IMG/VR virus record: IMGVR_UViG_3300048583_000219
Span: 1 to 59,637 of that record
DNA: 59,637 nt
Source: a virus
Lineage: Duplodnaviria > Caudoviricetes
Direction: 5' to 3' (one strand)
Under the pieces are notes generated by a model. It saw only the letters and a program-made list of their open reading frames with translations. It ran no database searches and was not told the origin of the DNA. The first letter of the stretch is position 1, and every line of letters begins with the position of its first letter. This document shows, piece by piece, positions 19,297 through 28,082 of the stretch. The translations under genes were made by a program, and so were the position numbers.

Positions 19297-19476
19297 ATGA
19301 GATACCTGCAAGTGATAGCAAGTCTCGCGTGCGTGCTGCTCGTGGTGATCGTGTGGCAGCTTCATGGCATGCGCCCGGTCCGGTATGGCGACATCGAATC
19401 GACGATGAAAGCCAAAGGGAATGATGCGGCTTTCGAGAAAATTCGAAACGCTCCGGTCGTGCGGATCGTGGAGTGA
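19297..19476 (+). CDS. 59-aa membrane-anchored protein (missed by the track)
   Basis: MRYLQVIASLACVLLVVIVWQLHG...RIVE*; lies between attP and the repressor. Confidence 0.45.
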   Translation: MRYLQVIASLACVLLVVIVWQLHGMRPVRYGDIESTMKAKGNDAAFEKIRNAPVVRIVE

Positions 19477-19533
19477 TTCACTGATGCCACGATTTCCAGC
19501 GGGAGGGGCAGAAACGGCACTTGAGAAAGGGGA

Positions 19534-19941
19534 TCAGGCTTGCCCTTCCAAGGGTTTCGGCTGCGTTTCCGGAGCCGGAAGGGCCGTGATCTTTGACTGT
19601 TCTGCAAGCAGTTCCCGCGCTTTCTCTAGGATCGCGTCGTGACAGAAAGCCGCGAGTGAGGGAGACCCAGCGGCGCGACTTGCTTGGTCCGCAAGATTGA
19701 TTTCCTCATCCGTGATGAAAATTTCGTTGTATCCCGGTGGGATGCTGCTGCGTCTGGATTCCTCTGCCTGAATGGCATCCGAAAGAGCCTTCTGCAACAA
19801 GTAGGTGCGTTGTTTAGGAACCGCATTCGGAGCCAAGGCGGCACGAATTGATCCAGGGGAACGGCCCGTTACTTCGGCCAACCATTTGCGGCCAAGTTTC
19901 AGAGCGTCAAGTCGTTGGTCAATTTCCTCAAAAGGGATCAC
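19534..19941 (-). CDS. Putative immunity repressor (HTH)
   Basis: RKWLAEVTGRSPGSIRAAL helix-turn-helix; divergent from the cro/xis operon. Confidence 0.6.
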   Translation of the reverse strand: MIPFEEIDQRLDALKLGRKWLAEVTGRSPGSIRAALAPNAVPKQRTYLLQKALSDAIQAEESRRSSIPPGYNEIFITDEEINLADQASRAAGSPSLAAFCHDAILEKARELLAEQSKITALPAPETQPKPLEGQA

Positions 19942-19949
19942 GGGCGAAA

Positions 19950-20039
19950 ACTAACGCCTGCGTGATAAAATCCAACACTTTTTTCGAAATTGTGATATTT
20001 TTGCATTGACTAGGCGTTATTTTATCGCACGTTCCCCGC
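19950..20039. promoter_or_regulatory. Divergent lysis/lysogeny promoter region
   Basis: AT-rich; TTGACT at 20006, 16 nt, CACGTT at 20028, then ATG 20040. GTGATA/TATCGC-like elements may be operators. Confidence 0.5.
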
Positions 20040-20264
20040 ATGACGAACTTGCACGAACCTGAATCAAGCCCGGTTCCGCATCTTGGCGGGGGCGCTCTTC
20101 GACTCTCTGCGGTTGATCTCCGAGACCTTTCCGAAGCGGAACACGCCGCACTCCGGCAAGCCGCAATACGTGACGGAATCACCCTGCCGGAATTGCTTGG
20201 CAAGGTGGTGGCAGAAGCCTCGCGCCGCATGCTCAACATGAACCAAGCCAGCCCGACCGCATGA
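20040..20264 (+). CDS. Small cro-position regulator
   Basis: First gene of the rightward early operon; ATGA-coupled. Confidence 0.5.
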   Translation: MTNLHEPESSPVPHLGGGALRLSAVDLRDLSEAEHAALRQAAIRDGITLPELLGKVVAEASRRMLNMNQASPTA

Positions 20265-20482
20265 GCGAGAAGTTGCTGACTGCCGAAGAACTGGCCGATG
20301 CGCTGCAAGTGAGCAAGCGCACGGTGAAATACTGGCTGGCTGATGGAGTGATCCCGGCGGCCATCCGCGAAGGGCAGATTCTCCGTTTCGACCTGCCGGC
20401 CGTGAAGCGGGCGCTGGCAAAGCGGGCGGCCAAGGCGACTCCGGCCGCGAAGGCTTCACCCGACATGGTTCTGACCTACTGA
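20261..20482 (+). CDS. Excisionase-like HTH protein
   Basis: LLTAEELADALQVSKRTVKYWLADGVIP...LRFD (MerR-like Xis pattern). Confidence 0.75.
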   Translation: MSEKLLTAEELADALQVSKRTVKYWLADGVIPAAIREGQILRFDLPAVKRALAKRAAKATPAAKASPDMVLTY

Positions 20483-20560
20483 AAGCCATGATCCTCAACC
20501 ACACTCCATGCTCACGCTGCGGCAGCCGGTTTCCGAACCGGGGCTGTTACGTGTGCGCGG

Positions 20561-20770
20561 ATGAACCTGCCGACCATGAACACGAACAATCCGGAAGTGT
20601 CGAGGCATCTGATGACCTACTCGGATGCCGCTCTGGAAGCGGTGTTGGAGTTCCTGACTTCCAACCGGCCGGAGGAAGGCTGGGCCGCCTCATGGTGGGA
20701 GGAACGGACGCAAGCGGTGAAGCGGGAGTTCAAGCGCAGGATCGAGGAGGACGCGGAGGGCGAGCGCTGA
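20561..20770 (+). CDS. Hypothetical protein
   Basis: Plausible ORF in the early operon. Confidence 0.45.
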   Translation: MNLPTMNTNNPEVSRHLMTYSDAALEAVLEFLTSNRPEEGWAASWWEERTQAVKREFKRRIEEDAEGER

Positions 20771-20775
20771 ACCTC

Positions 20776-20967
20776 ATGCGCGTGACGCACGCCTACGATG
20801 CGGCAGTGGTTCAAATGGAAATCGCATGGGCGAAGCTGCGGGCCGAAAGGGCGCATCCCTGCCACCCGGAAGGCTCGCGGCTGCTGCACCGCTTCCGCCG
20901 CTGCCTGCGCCGCTGCGACCGCCTGCGCGCCCAACTCTCCGAACTGATGGCAACCGGAAACCTATGA
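20776..20967 (+). CDS. Hypothetical protein
   Basis: MRVTHAYD...; ATGA-coupled to the next gene. Confidence 0.45.
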   Translation: MRVTHAYDAAVVQMEIAWAKLRAERAHPCHPEGSRLLHRFRRCLRRCDRLRAQLSELMATGNL

Positions 20968-21167
20968 CCGATGAGACCGATCCTCATATCATCCCTATGT
21001 CCGAGGTTCCGCTCGGGTATGAACCCATCGCGGAATATCACGCCGAAGAGGCGGAGGCGCTGGCGCACTGGCGCAAGGAACTTCTCAGCGACCGCAGCGT
21101 GTTGCTGGTGCGGGAGGGCCGCTGGCTCTCCCTGTGGGCGGTCCGCAATCATATCTGGCTCAGTTGA
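20964..21167 (+). CDS. Hypothetical protein
   Basis: MTDETDPH...; ATGA start. Confidence 0.5.
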   Translation: MTDETDPHIIPMSEVPLGYEPIAEYHAEEAEALAHWRKELLSDRSVLLVREGRWLSLWAVRNHIWLS

Positions 21168-21171
21168 ATCT

Positions 21172-21510
21172 ATGAAAAGCAAAGACATCGCTCGATTTTG
21201 GGAAAAGCAGAGTAATCACTGGCAAACACTGGACACATATAGCATGAAAAGATCAGAAAAGATTTACAGGAACGCGCGGCATGAACTGCTACTGGCGTTA
21301 TTGATGATCTCCGGGCATTGCGCTGCGGCGGCATGGGCGATGGTGGCTTTCCAGTCAGGGAATGTGCCGGGGGGCGCGTCCTTGGTTGTGGCGGCCACCG
21401 TCGCCCTGGTGCTGGGCATCTGCCGAGGACGTGAGTGCATCCGGCTCTGCGCACTGGCAGCGGATGAAGAGCAATACGAAATGCGCCGCGGCATCCGCCC
21501 GAGACTGTGA
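21172..21510 (+). CDS. Hypothetical membrane protein
   Basis: Two hydrophobic segments. Confidence 0.5.
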   Translation: MKSKDIARFWEKQSNHWQTLDTYSMKRSEKIYRNARHELLLALLMISGHCAAAAWAMVAFQSGNVPGGASLVVAATVALVLGICRGRECIRLCALAADEEQYEMRRGIRPRL

Positions 21511-21521
21511 TTTTCCCAACC

Positions 21522-22031
21522 ATGAAAACCTTACCTTTCACGAAACAGCTTATAGCCGATATGCGCGAGCGCATCGTTTATGATTCCGAATCGGGTCTTC
21601 TTCGGTGGAAGGATATAGGTGTAAATTCCTTTTATCGCGGAAAACCTATTCAATTCGTTAATAGTAAAGGATATGTTGCGGTAAGATTCCAAGGTAATCT
21701 TTATAAGGCGCATCGTGTGGCGTGGGCGCTACATTATGACCAAATACCCCCCCAATACCTGGACCACATCAATAGGAATAAATCTGATAACAGGATTGTC
21801 AATTTGCGGGTGGCAACTATTTCGCAAAACAATTGCAACACCAAGATACGCAAAGACAACAGAACCGGACACCGGGGAATCTATTGGCACAAGCCGTCTA
21901 AGAAGTGGTGTGCGCAAATCAAGGCGAACAAGAAGGTAATTCGTCAACTATTCAACAACATTCAAGATGCTGCCGTTTGGGCTGATCGTAAGCGCAAGGA
22001 ACTCCACGGAGAATTTGCCGCAACTGCATAA
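21522..22031 (+). CDS. HNH homing endonuclease with AP2-like C-terminus
   Basis: AHRVAW...LDHINRNKSDNRIVNLR and GHRGIYWHKPSKKWCAQI; AT-rich relative to its flanks. Confidence 0.85.
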   Translation: MKTLPFTKQLIADMRERIVYDSESGLLRWKDIGVNSFYRGKPIQFVNSKGYVAVRFQGNLYKAHRVAWALHYDQIPPQYLDHINRNKSDNRIVNLRVATISQNNCNTKIRKDNRTGHRGIYWHKPSKKWCAQIKANKKVIRQLFNNIQDAAVWADRKRKELHGEFAATA

Positions 22032-22035
22032 TCAC

Positions 22036-22836
22036 ATGAAAACTGAACCATTAGTGCTATCTGGAAATGGCTTTGAATTGGCCATAGCGCCAGAAGCCAA
22101 ACAAATTAAGGCGGAGTTGCTGCAAAGTGCCGCGACCATCACGCGGGTTTCCGGACCCGACGAAAAAGAAACCGCCAGCCAGGCTCTCAAGAGTCTAGCG
22201 AATGTCCGCATCGCAGTAGGAAAGTGCCGCGAAGCCATCAAGAAACCCGTGCTGGATATTGGCCGCACGATCGACGCGAGGGCGAAAGAGTTCCTTGCCG
22301 AGATTGAGGCCGAGGAAAACCGACTCAACAAGTTGATAGGCGATTATGCGGAACTGGTGGAAGCCGAGCGCCGCAAGGTGATGCGCGAACTCGAAGAGAA
22401 GCGGCAGGCGGAAGAGAAAGCGCGCCGGGATGCGGAGGAAGCCAGGATCAAGGCCGAGCGTGAAGCCGAGGCCGCGCGCATCGCCGCCGAGAAAGCGGAA
22501 TGGGAAGCCACCACGCCGGAAGAGGAAGCCAAGGCTGCCGCGGCGCTCAAGGAGGCGGAGGAAAAGAACCGACTGGCCGCGGAAGTGGCAGAGAAAGTTT
22601 CCGACATCGTGCAGGTCGTCGCCATCGTGCCGGCCAAGGTGGAAGGGGTGAAGTTTGAATATGACTTCGAGGTCGAGGACGTCGATGCCTTGTATCGATT
22701 CAACCCCTCACTGGTGAAGATGGAAGCCAAGCGCTCGGAAGTGCTGGACGCCATCAAGCGGCAATCTGCGGATGGCAACACGCCTGCCATTCCCGGCCTG
22801 AAAATCACGCAAAAGGCGAAGGTGTCAACTCGATAA
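22036..22836 (+). CDS. Coiled-coil phage protein (recombination-module associated)
   Basis: IKKPVLDIGRTIDA...IPGLKI pattern common next to RecT-like genes. Confidence 0.6.
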   Translation: MKTEPLVLSGNGFELAIAPEAKQIKAELLQSAATITRVSGPDEKETASQALKSLANVRIAVGKCREAIKKPVLDIGRTIDARAKEFLAEIEAEENRLNKLIGDYAELVEAERRKVMRELEEKRQAEEKARRDAEEARIKAEREAEAARIAAEKAEWEATTPEEEAKAAAALKEAEEKNRLAAEVAEKVSDIVQVVAIVPAKVEGVKFEYDFEVEDVDALYRFNPSLVKMEAKRSEVLDAIKRQSADGNTPAIPGLKITQKAKVSTR

Positions 22837-22840
22837 AACC

Positions 22841-23176
22841 ATGTTTAGATTCTTCAAAAAACGGACTGAACCGGATGATATATCCAATGCTCTTACACCG
22901 GAACAACGCGCCGCAGCGGAAATGAAGTTGATAAAACTTCAAGCCGAAGAGCAAGAGCGCTATGCCAGATATAAAGAGGTTAAACAGTTCTATCTGGAAC
23001 AATACCGGACCCTTTCTAAAGAGGATCTTTTGTGGGAATCCGTGCTTCATCTGCAATCTGATGTTTCCATGCTCATCTCATTAAAAATGAGAGGCAATGA
23101 GAACGCTCCTGCCTCGGCTCTTACGGAAGTTCTCGCGTCATATTCCAAAATTCAAAACTTCGACGACGAATCATAA
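22841..23176 (+). CDS. Hypothetical protein
   Basis: 111-aa AT-richer ORF. Confidence 0.5.
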   Translation: MFRFFKKRTEPDDISNALTPEQRAAAEMKLIKLQAEEQERYARYKEVKQFYLEQYRTLSKEDLLWESVLHLQSDVSMLISLKMRGNENAPASALTEVLASYSKIQNFDDES

Positions 23177-23264
23177 CACCTACCCCGCCGAGGCTCCCCA
23201 TACGCCGGTGCGTGGGAATCGAGTAAGGCAAGCCGCCACCGGCACACTCTCCAACCAAAAAGAC

Positions 23265-24242
23265 ATGACAACCGAATTATCCATCAGCACCGAATCGCAA
23301 GCTTTCGAGCTTGTGCAGAGACAGGCAAAACTCCTGTGCTCGTCCACCCTTGTCCCCAAAGAGTTTCAGGGGAACATGGCAAACTGCGCCATCGGCTTGA
23401 ACATCGCAAAGCGCCTTGGCGCGGACCCGTTCATGGTCCTGCAAAACATCGACGTGATTCATGGCAGACCATCATTCCGCGCCACCTTCCTGATTGCCAT
23501 GGTGAACGCCAGCGGTCGTTTCGCTCCGCTGCAATTCCGCATGACCGGCGAGGGCGCAACCCGCGCCTGCGTGGCACACACCACCGTCCTTTCATCGGGT
23601 GAATCTGTGGAAGGACCGGAAATCACGATGGCGATGGCCAAGGCGGAGGGGTGGAGCACGAAGGCTGGCAGCAAGTGGATCACAATGCCGGAGTTGATGC
23701 TACGCTACCGCGCCGCCGCGTTCTTCGCCCGCATCTACGCTCCTGACATCACGCTTGGCATGCAGACCAGTGAGGAACTGGTTGATTTGCCGGAAATGCG
23801 CAACGTGACTCCCGTTGCCCAATCCGCGCCAATGTCGAATCCGTTTTCGGATATTCCCGACTCGCGCACCGCGTCAGAAGTGAACGCTGATGAAGTGAAA
23901 CCGGCGGCCAAGACGAAAGCCAAGGGCAAGCCCGCCCCCACCGCGGAGGAAACGCCCGCCGAACCAGTGGAAGTGATCCCGCCGCGCAAGGAGATGTATC
24001 AGGCACTCAAGGACGCTTGCCGCGATGCCGAGGTTTCCCCGGCCACCGCGGAAGCACGTTTCCGCAAGGCCGGACTGATCCCCGAGGGCAAGACGCTGGC
24101 GGACACGTCCGACGAGCAACTGCACACGATCTACAAGGCCCGCTTGGAAATCCTTCCGCCGAAGGAAAAACCGGCAGAGAAGGAAGACCCGGAAGCCGAC
24201 ACCGGCGCGGACCTGATGGAGGAAGGAGGGGCCGTAGCATGA
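23265..24242 (+). CDS. RecT/Bet-like single-strand annealing protein
   Basis: LVPKEFQGNMANCAIG...VLQNIDVIHGRPS...KWITMPELMLRYRAAAFFAR. Confidence 0.75.
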   Translation: MTTELSISTESQAFELVQRQAKLLCSSTLVPKEFQGNMANCAIGLNIAKRLGADPFMVLQNIDVIHGRPSFRATFLIAMVNASGRFAPLQFRMTGEGATRACVAHTTVLSSGESVEGPEITMAMAKAEGWSTKAGSKWITMPELMLRYRAAAFFARIYAPDITLGMQTSEELVDLPEMRNVTPVAQSAPMSNPFSDIPDSRTASEVNADEVKPAAKTKAKGKPAPTAEETPAEPVEVIPPRKEMYQALKDACRDAEVSPATAEARFRKAGLIPEGKTLADTSDEQLHTIYKARLEILPPKEKPAEKEDPEADTGADLMEEGGAVA

Positions 24243-24448
24243 AACCCCAGCTTTCGAAAAATCCACGGGTGAGACGCATCCAGCTTCGAGCCGCGCGCAA
24301 GCTGGCGTTGATCGAGCGAGGCTCGATGATGGGCAAGCTCCACAAGGCGAAGCTGATGCTGCGCGACAAGGGCAGGAATGGCCGGAGCATGAATGATGCG
24401 ATGGTCGCCGGCCATGGGATTCAACGGAAAGGAGAACCGAACGCATGA
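24239..24448 (+). CDS. Hypothetical protein
   Basis: ATGA-coupled on both sides. Confidence 0.45.
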   Translation: MKPQLSKNPRVRRIQLRAARKLALIERGSMMGKLHKAKLMLRDKGRNGRSMNDAMVAGHGIQRKGEPNA

Positions 24449-24681
24449 GCGCCGATCTATGGATGGGCATTGCCATCGGCTCGCTCGGATCATGGGCGTT
24501 CCTGATCGTCGTGCTGGGCAGCCTGCAAACCGGCAGGAAGAACGCCAAGGCGCACAACGATGAAGCTCATCAACTCTTGAGCGAGCGGAACATGATAGGA
24601 CACGAGCAAGTCCGCTTGCTCGGGGAAATCTCCATGAACCTCGAACTTCTCAACGACACGTTGAAAGGGGGTAATCCATGA
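24445..24681 (+). CDS. Hypothetical membrane protein
   Basis: N-terminal TM segment; ATGA-coupled. Confidence 0.5.
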   Translation: MSADLWMGIAIGSLGSWAFLIVVLGSLQTGRKNAKAHNDEAHQLLSERNMIGHEQVRLLGEISMNLELLNDTLKGGNP

Positions 24682-24881
24682 CTGACGGACAAATAATTGC
24701 CAAGGCGATTGACGGTCTTGCCGCTGTCATAAAGCCCGCCGCCGCACCTGGAACAGACGCAACGGGTGGCCATGTTGATTGCGTGGTCGAGGCGATGATG
24801 GGCCAAACCGCGGGTCTAGTTGCCGTGGCAGACGCTATCAACAACTTAGCCGAAGCCATCAGGGAAAGGAGTGACACATGA
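24678..24881 (+). CDS. Hypothetical protein
   Basis: ATGA-coupled chain. Confidence 0.55.
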   Translation: MTDGQIIAKAIDGLAAVIKPAAAPGTDATGGHVDCVVEAMMGQTAGLVAVADAINNLAEAIRERSDT

Positions 24882-25150
24882 TCCAACAAGACCGCATGAT
24901 TGTTACAATCCAGCAAACCGGCATCTTCCATTATGACGGCCGAAGCGAAAACGGACGATTCAGCGGGACCGGTAAGATGCGCGCCATCTCCATCGATTTC
25001 CCCGAAACCGGAGCCACCGGCCGACTGGCCGAAGGTGCCGACCTCGAAGAGATTTTCGATCACTCCATCTGCCGGATCGAAACTCTCCTGAGAAACCTCA
25101 AGCGAATGAAACAAGAACACCTCGAATACCATGCAAATCCACACATTTGA
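24878..25150 (+). CDS. Hypothetical protein
   Basis: ATGA-coupled; preceded by an AGGAG RBS. Confidence 0.5.
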   Translation: MIQQDRMIVTIQQTGIFHYDGRSENGRFSGTGKMRAISIDFPETGATGRLAEGADLEEIFDHSICRIETLLRNLKRMKQEHLEYHANPHI

Positions 25151-25826
25151 CCAATACACACCCGAATGGTGGGCGGCCCGCAATGGCCGGATCACCGCAT
25201 CCGAAGTCGGTCCCTTCCTGCTCAACACCGGCAAGGTGGCTGAAACCGCCCGTCTGAAACTGATCTGCAAGAAAATCGGTGAACTGGCTGGGGAACTGGA
25301 AGAGAACTTCCCAAACGATGCCATGAAGCGTGGAACGGCCTTGGAACCCATCGCCCGCGAGGAATACGCCCGCCTGTTGGGTGTGGAAGTCGTGGAAGTG
25401 GGATTCATCGCGCATGACAACCTGCCACTTGGTTGCTCGCCGGACGGTTTGATCTATGACGGTCAGACAATCCGGCACGGGGTCGAAATCAAGGGACCGT
25501 CTGCGGCAACGCAAGTGAAGTGGCTTCTGGAAGGTGGACTTCCGGAAGAGCACAAGTTCCAGGTTCACATGTCGATGGGACTCGCCAACGTGGACCGCTG
25601 GGACTTCTTCTCGTTCTGCCCGCGAGTCACGGAATGGATCAAGACGCGCGAGGCGTGGACGGTGGCAGAGTGGGAGCATGGCAATATTCCTCCGCTGCAC
25701 GTCGAGGTCCGGCGATCGACCTTCACCGACCAACTCGAAATGTCCCTGCGCGACCTGTGCAAGCAGTATGCCGAAGTGAAGTCCCGCATGGCGCAACTCT
25801 GGAACGAAAGGAAACAAGCAGCATGA
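25131..25826 (+). CDS. YqaJ/lambda-exonuclease-family recombination nuclease
   Basis: QYTPEWWAARNGRITAS, MKRGTALEP, GCSPDG, VEIK and QV...M motifs. Confidence 0.85.
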   Translation: MQIHTFDQYTPEWWAARNGRITASEVGPFLLNTGKVAETARLKLICKKIGELAGELEENFPNDAMKRGTALEPIAREEYARLLGVEVVEVGFIAHDNLPLGCSPDGLIYDGQTIRHGVEIKGPSAATQVKWLLEGGLPEEHKFQVHMSMGLANVDRWDFFSFCPRVTEWIKTREAWTVAEWEHGNIPPLHVEVRRSTFTDQLEMSLRDLCKQYAEVKSRMAQLWNERKQAA

Positions 25827-25981
25827 CACCCGAAATCGAACAACAGTTAAAGTCCCTCGAAAGCCGCCACGCTCGTCACCAGCGCATGCTCGAAGATCAC
25901 CGCGAGGCCAGGCACCAACGACGCGAGAAACACAAGCGCCGCTGGCACCGCATGAAATGGCCGCCCATCGCTCTCATCTGA
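25823..25981 (+). CDS. Small basic hypothetical protein
   Basis: ATGA-coupled start. Confidence 0.4.
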   Translation: MTPEIEQQLKSLESRHARHQRMLEDHREARHQRREKHKRRWHRMKWPPIALI

Positions 25982-26017
25982 ACCGAAACCAACAACCAAT
26001 AGAAAACACCGACTACC

Positions 26018-26554
26018 ATGGAGTTACGATTCCTATCCATAGGCCGCAAGGCCATCAACTTCGGCATCGTCCTCAATCCGGACAATGACGATGACACCGT
26101 GGCGACCGAAGAGCGCCGAATCACCGCCCACGAGGCTCCCTTGCCGGAACTTCAAACGGCGTTCGCCAAACTCGCGCCTGTGATCTGCGAGATCATCGAG
26201 ACGGAACCAGGCTGGGCGGATGGCATGAACATCACCCGGATCGCCATCAGCTACACCAAGGCGGGCACCCGGTCCGTGCGATTCAAATGCACGCGCCAAC
26301 TCGAATGCCGGAAAGACTTCCTGTGGAAGTTCGACACGCCCATGGTACAGGTGGACAAGCCTGCCGATGGTGAGTCCGGCCAGATCGACGTTGCGGACAA
26401 GAAGCATCTGAAATTGATCTTCGACGCGATCAAGCAAGCCGAGCGCTACGCGAACGGCGAGCGGAGTCAGCAACTTCTCAACTTCGACGAGGCCAAGGCC
26501 GCCTTGCAGGCGACCGCGGACAAGGGAGCATCCCTGTTCGGAACCGATGGCTGA
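26018..26554 (+). CDS. Hypothetical protein
   Basis: 178-aa ORF with good codon usage. Confidence 0.6.
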   Translation: MELRFLSIGRKAINFGIVLNPDNDDDTVATEERRITAHEAPLPELQTAFAKLAPVICEIIETEPGWADGMNITRIAISYTKAGTRSVRFKCTRQLECRKDFLWKFDTPMVQVDKPADGESGQIDVADKKHLKLIFDAIKQAERYANGERSQQLLNFDEAKAALQATADKGASLFGTDG

Positions 26555-26572
26555 ACCTCTTTGCCGCCCGCC

Positions 26573-27118
26573 ATGGTCCCGCCATCCCTGAAAGGAAAAG
26601 AACTCGAAACGCTGATCCTCGACGCTGCGAAGCGCGAGGAAGCCAGCGGAACGATGATCCTGTTTCGCTACGGCGTGCAGGGAACCACGTTCGGAGGGAA
26701 AACGATCCTTCTCAGTTCGCTTCCAGACTTTGGGGGTGTGCTGGCCGGCGGGCGGCAATTCAACATCGAGGCGAAGTGCGCGGCAGGCGCTTCGTTTCCG
26801 CTGGCATCCGACCACTTCCGCGACCGGCAGTATTCCCACATGGCGCGATGCGCCCGCATGGGCGCGTTGTCCTTCCTGATGATCCACTTTGCGGAACGTC
26901 GCCTGATGAGCAAGACGGACCCCGGCATGACGGTGGCGGTGCCGGTGAATGAGAAGATGAGCTTCTGGCGCTTCTACGAGGCCGGAGATGCCCGCTCGCT
27001 GTCCCGTGAGGAGGCTCTGTCACTTGGCTGCATCGTCCCCTGGGTGGTGCCTCCACGCTGCCGCAAGCCCCTGCCGGACCTGCTCTCATTTCTGGAACGA
27101 TACAACGCCCCGTTCTGA
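26573..27118 (+). CDS. RecU-like Holliday junction resolvase
   Basis: GKELE...SLPDFGGVLAGGRQFNIEAK...Q matches the RecU-type PD-(D/E)xK pattern. Confidence 0.7.
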   Translation: MVPPSLKGKELETLILDAAKREEASGTMILFRYGVQGTTFGGKTILLSSLPDFGGVLAGGRQFNIEAKCAAGASFPLASDHFRDRQYSHMARCARMGALSFLMIHFAERRLMSKTDPGMTVAVPVNEKMSFWRFYEAGDARSLSREEALSLGCIVPWVVPPRCRKPLPDLLSFLERYNAPF

Positions 27119-27125
27119 TTCCTCC

Positions 27126-27164
27126 GCTGCGCCCGTTATCGAGACCCCATTTCCATGACACTAT
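27126..27164 (+). promoter_or_regulatory. Phage-specific promoter, copy 4 (replication leader)
   Basis: GCTGCGCCCGTT, 21 nt, CACTAT. Confidence 0.65.
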
Positions 27165-27170
27165 CCCACC

Positions 27171-27307
27171 AGTTCCGACCACGCCGCTTGAGACCGGCCG
27201 GAATCGATTACATGAAGATTGAACCGAAACACCCTTCCGATAGCCTGCCACGCCGCGTTTATCATGTCCGCGGGTCTCAACGTGGCGGGCTGTCGGAGGG
27301 GTTTTTT
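27171..27307 (+). promoter_or_regulatory. Structured leader: intrinsic terminator with an alternative antiterminator
   Basis: Stem 27232-27252 pairs with 27281-27300 and is followed by a T6 run. Upstream CCACG-ccgc-TTGAGACC (27179-27195) is complementary to GGTCTCAACGTGG (27273-27285). Confidence 0.6.
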
Positions 27308-27337
27308 GCGCCCAAATCACACTCCGAATTTCCAACT

Positions 27338-28078
27338 ATGAAATCACCCGCTTTCCAGTTTTACGCCGCCGATTTCCTGATCGGTGTGATGGGCATGTCT
27401 GACGAGGAAATCGGCATCTACATCAAGATGCTGGCGCTCCAATGGGAACGCGGATCGCTGCCAAATGATCGGAAAACGATCAAAAAACTCATCAATTCCC
27501 GAAAGATTCCGAGCGAAATGGTGATGCACAAGTTTGCGATTTGCGATGATGGTTTTTTGAGAAATACGCGCCTCGAAAAAGAGCGCGAAAAACAGACAAG
27601 TTTCAGAGAATCAAGGGCTAAGAACGCACAAAAGCGGTGGAAAAAGGAAAATGCCGACGATGCACTAGCATCAACGGTGCATCCTTCTAGCACATGCGAA
27701 ACCGATGCTCTTCTATCTTCATCTTCATCTTCTCTTAGAGATATAGATAAAACCCGCGTGGCTGATGGTTCGTGGGCAGACGATGAACCGGATACTCCCT
27801 CAAAGCCAAACGGGAGTCGAAGACCCACCTTGGCAGAAGCATTGAGCTACGGAGCCACCATTGGAGTCCTGCCCGAGACCGTCGAGACATGGTTTGCCAA
27901 CCGGACCCGTGACGAGTGGATGATTCACGGCACCAACGGACACGCCCGCCCGGTGCGCAACTGGCAGCATGACCTTGCGGCGGCGAAGTCATGGCGAAGC
28001 AACCAATCGCCTGCCAACGGGCAAAGCGGATCGTCTCCGAAGCGCCGCGAACTGACCAGCAACGACGTGACCCTTTGA
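27338..28078 (+). CDS. Replication initiator, YdaU/DUF1376-like
   Basis: MKSPAFQFYAADFL...MSDEEIGIYIKML...LRNTRLEKE; directly upstream of dnaB. Confidence 0.75.
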   Translation: MKSPAFQFYAADFLIGVMGMSDEEIGIYIKMLALQWERGSLPNDRKTIKKLINSRKIPSEMVMHKFAICDDGFLRNTRLEKEREKQTSFRESRAKNAQKRWKKENADDALASTVHPSSTCETDALLSSSSSSLRDIDKTRVADGSWADDEPDTPSKPNGSRRPTLAEALSYGATIGVLPETVETWFANRTRDEWMIHGTNGHARPVRNWQHDLAAAKSWRSNQSPANGQSGSSPKRRELTSNDVTL

Positions 28079-28082
28079 CCCT

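Noticed and set aside
27155-27337. N-terminal extension of the replication initiator
   Set aside because: The region is a structured leader with a terminator; the family-typical start is MKSPAFQFY at 27338.
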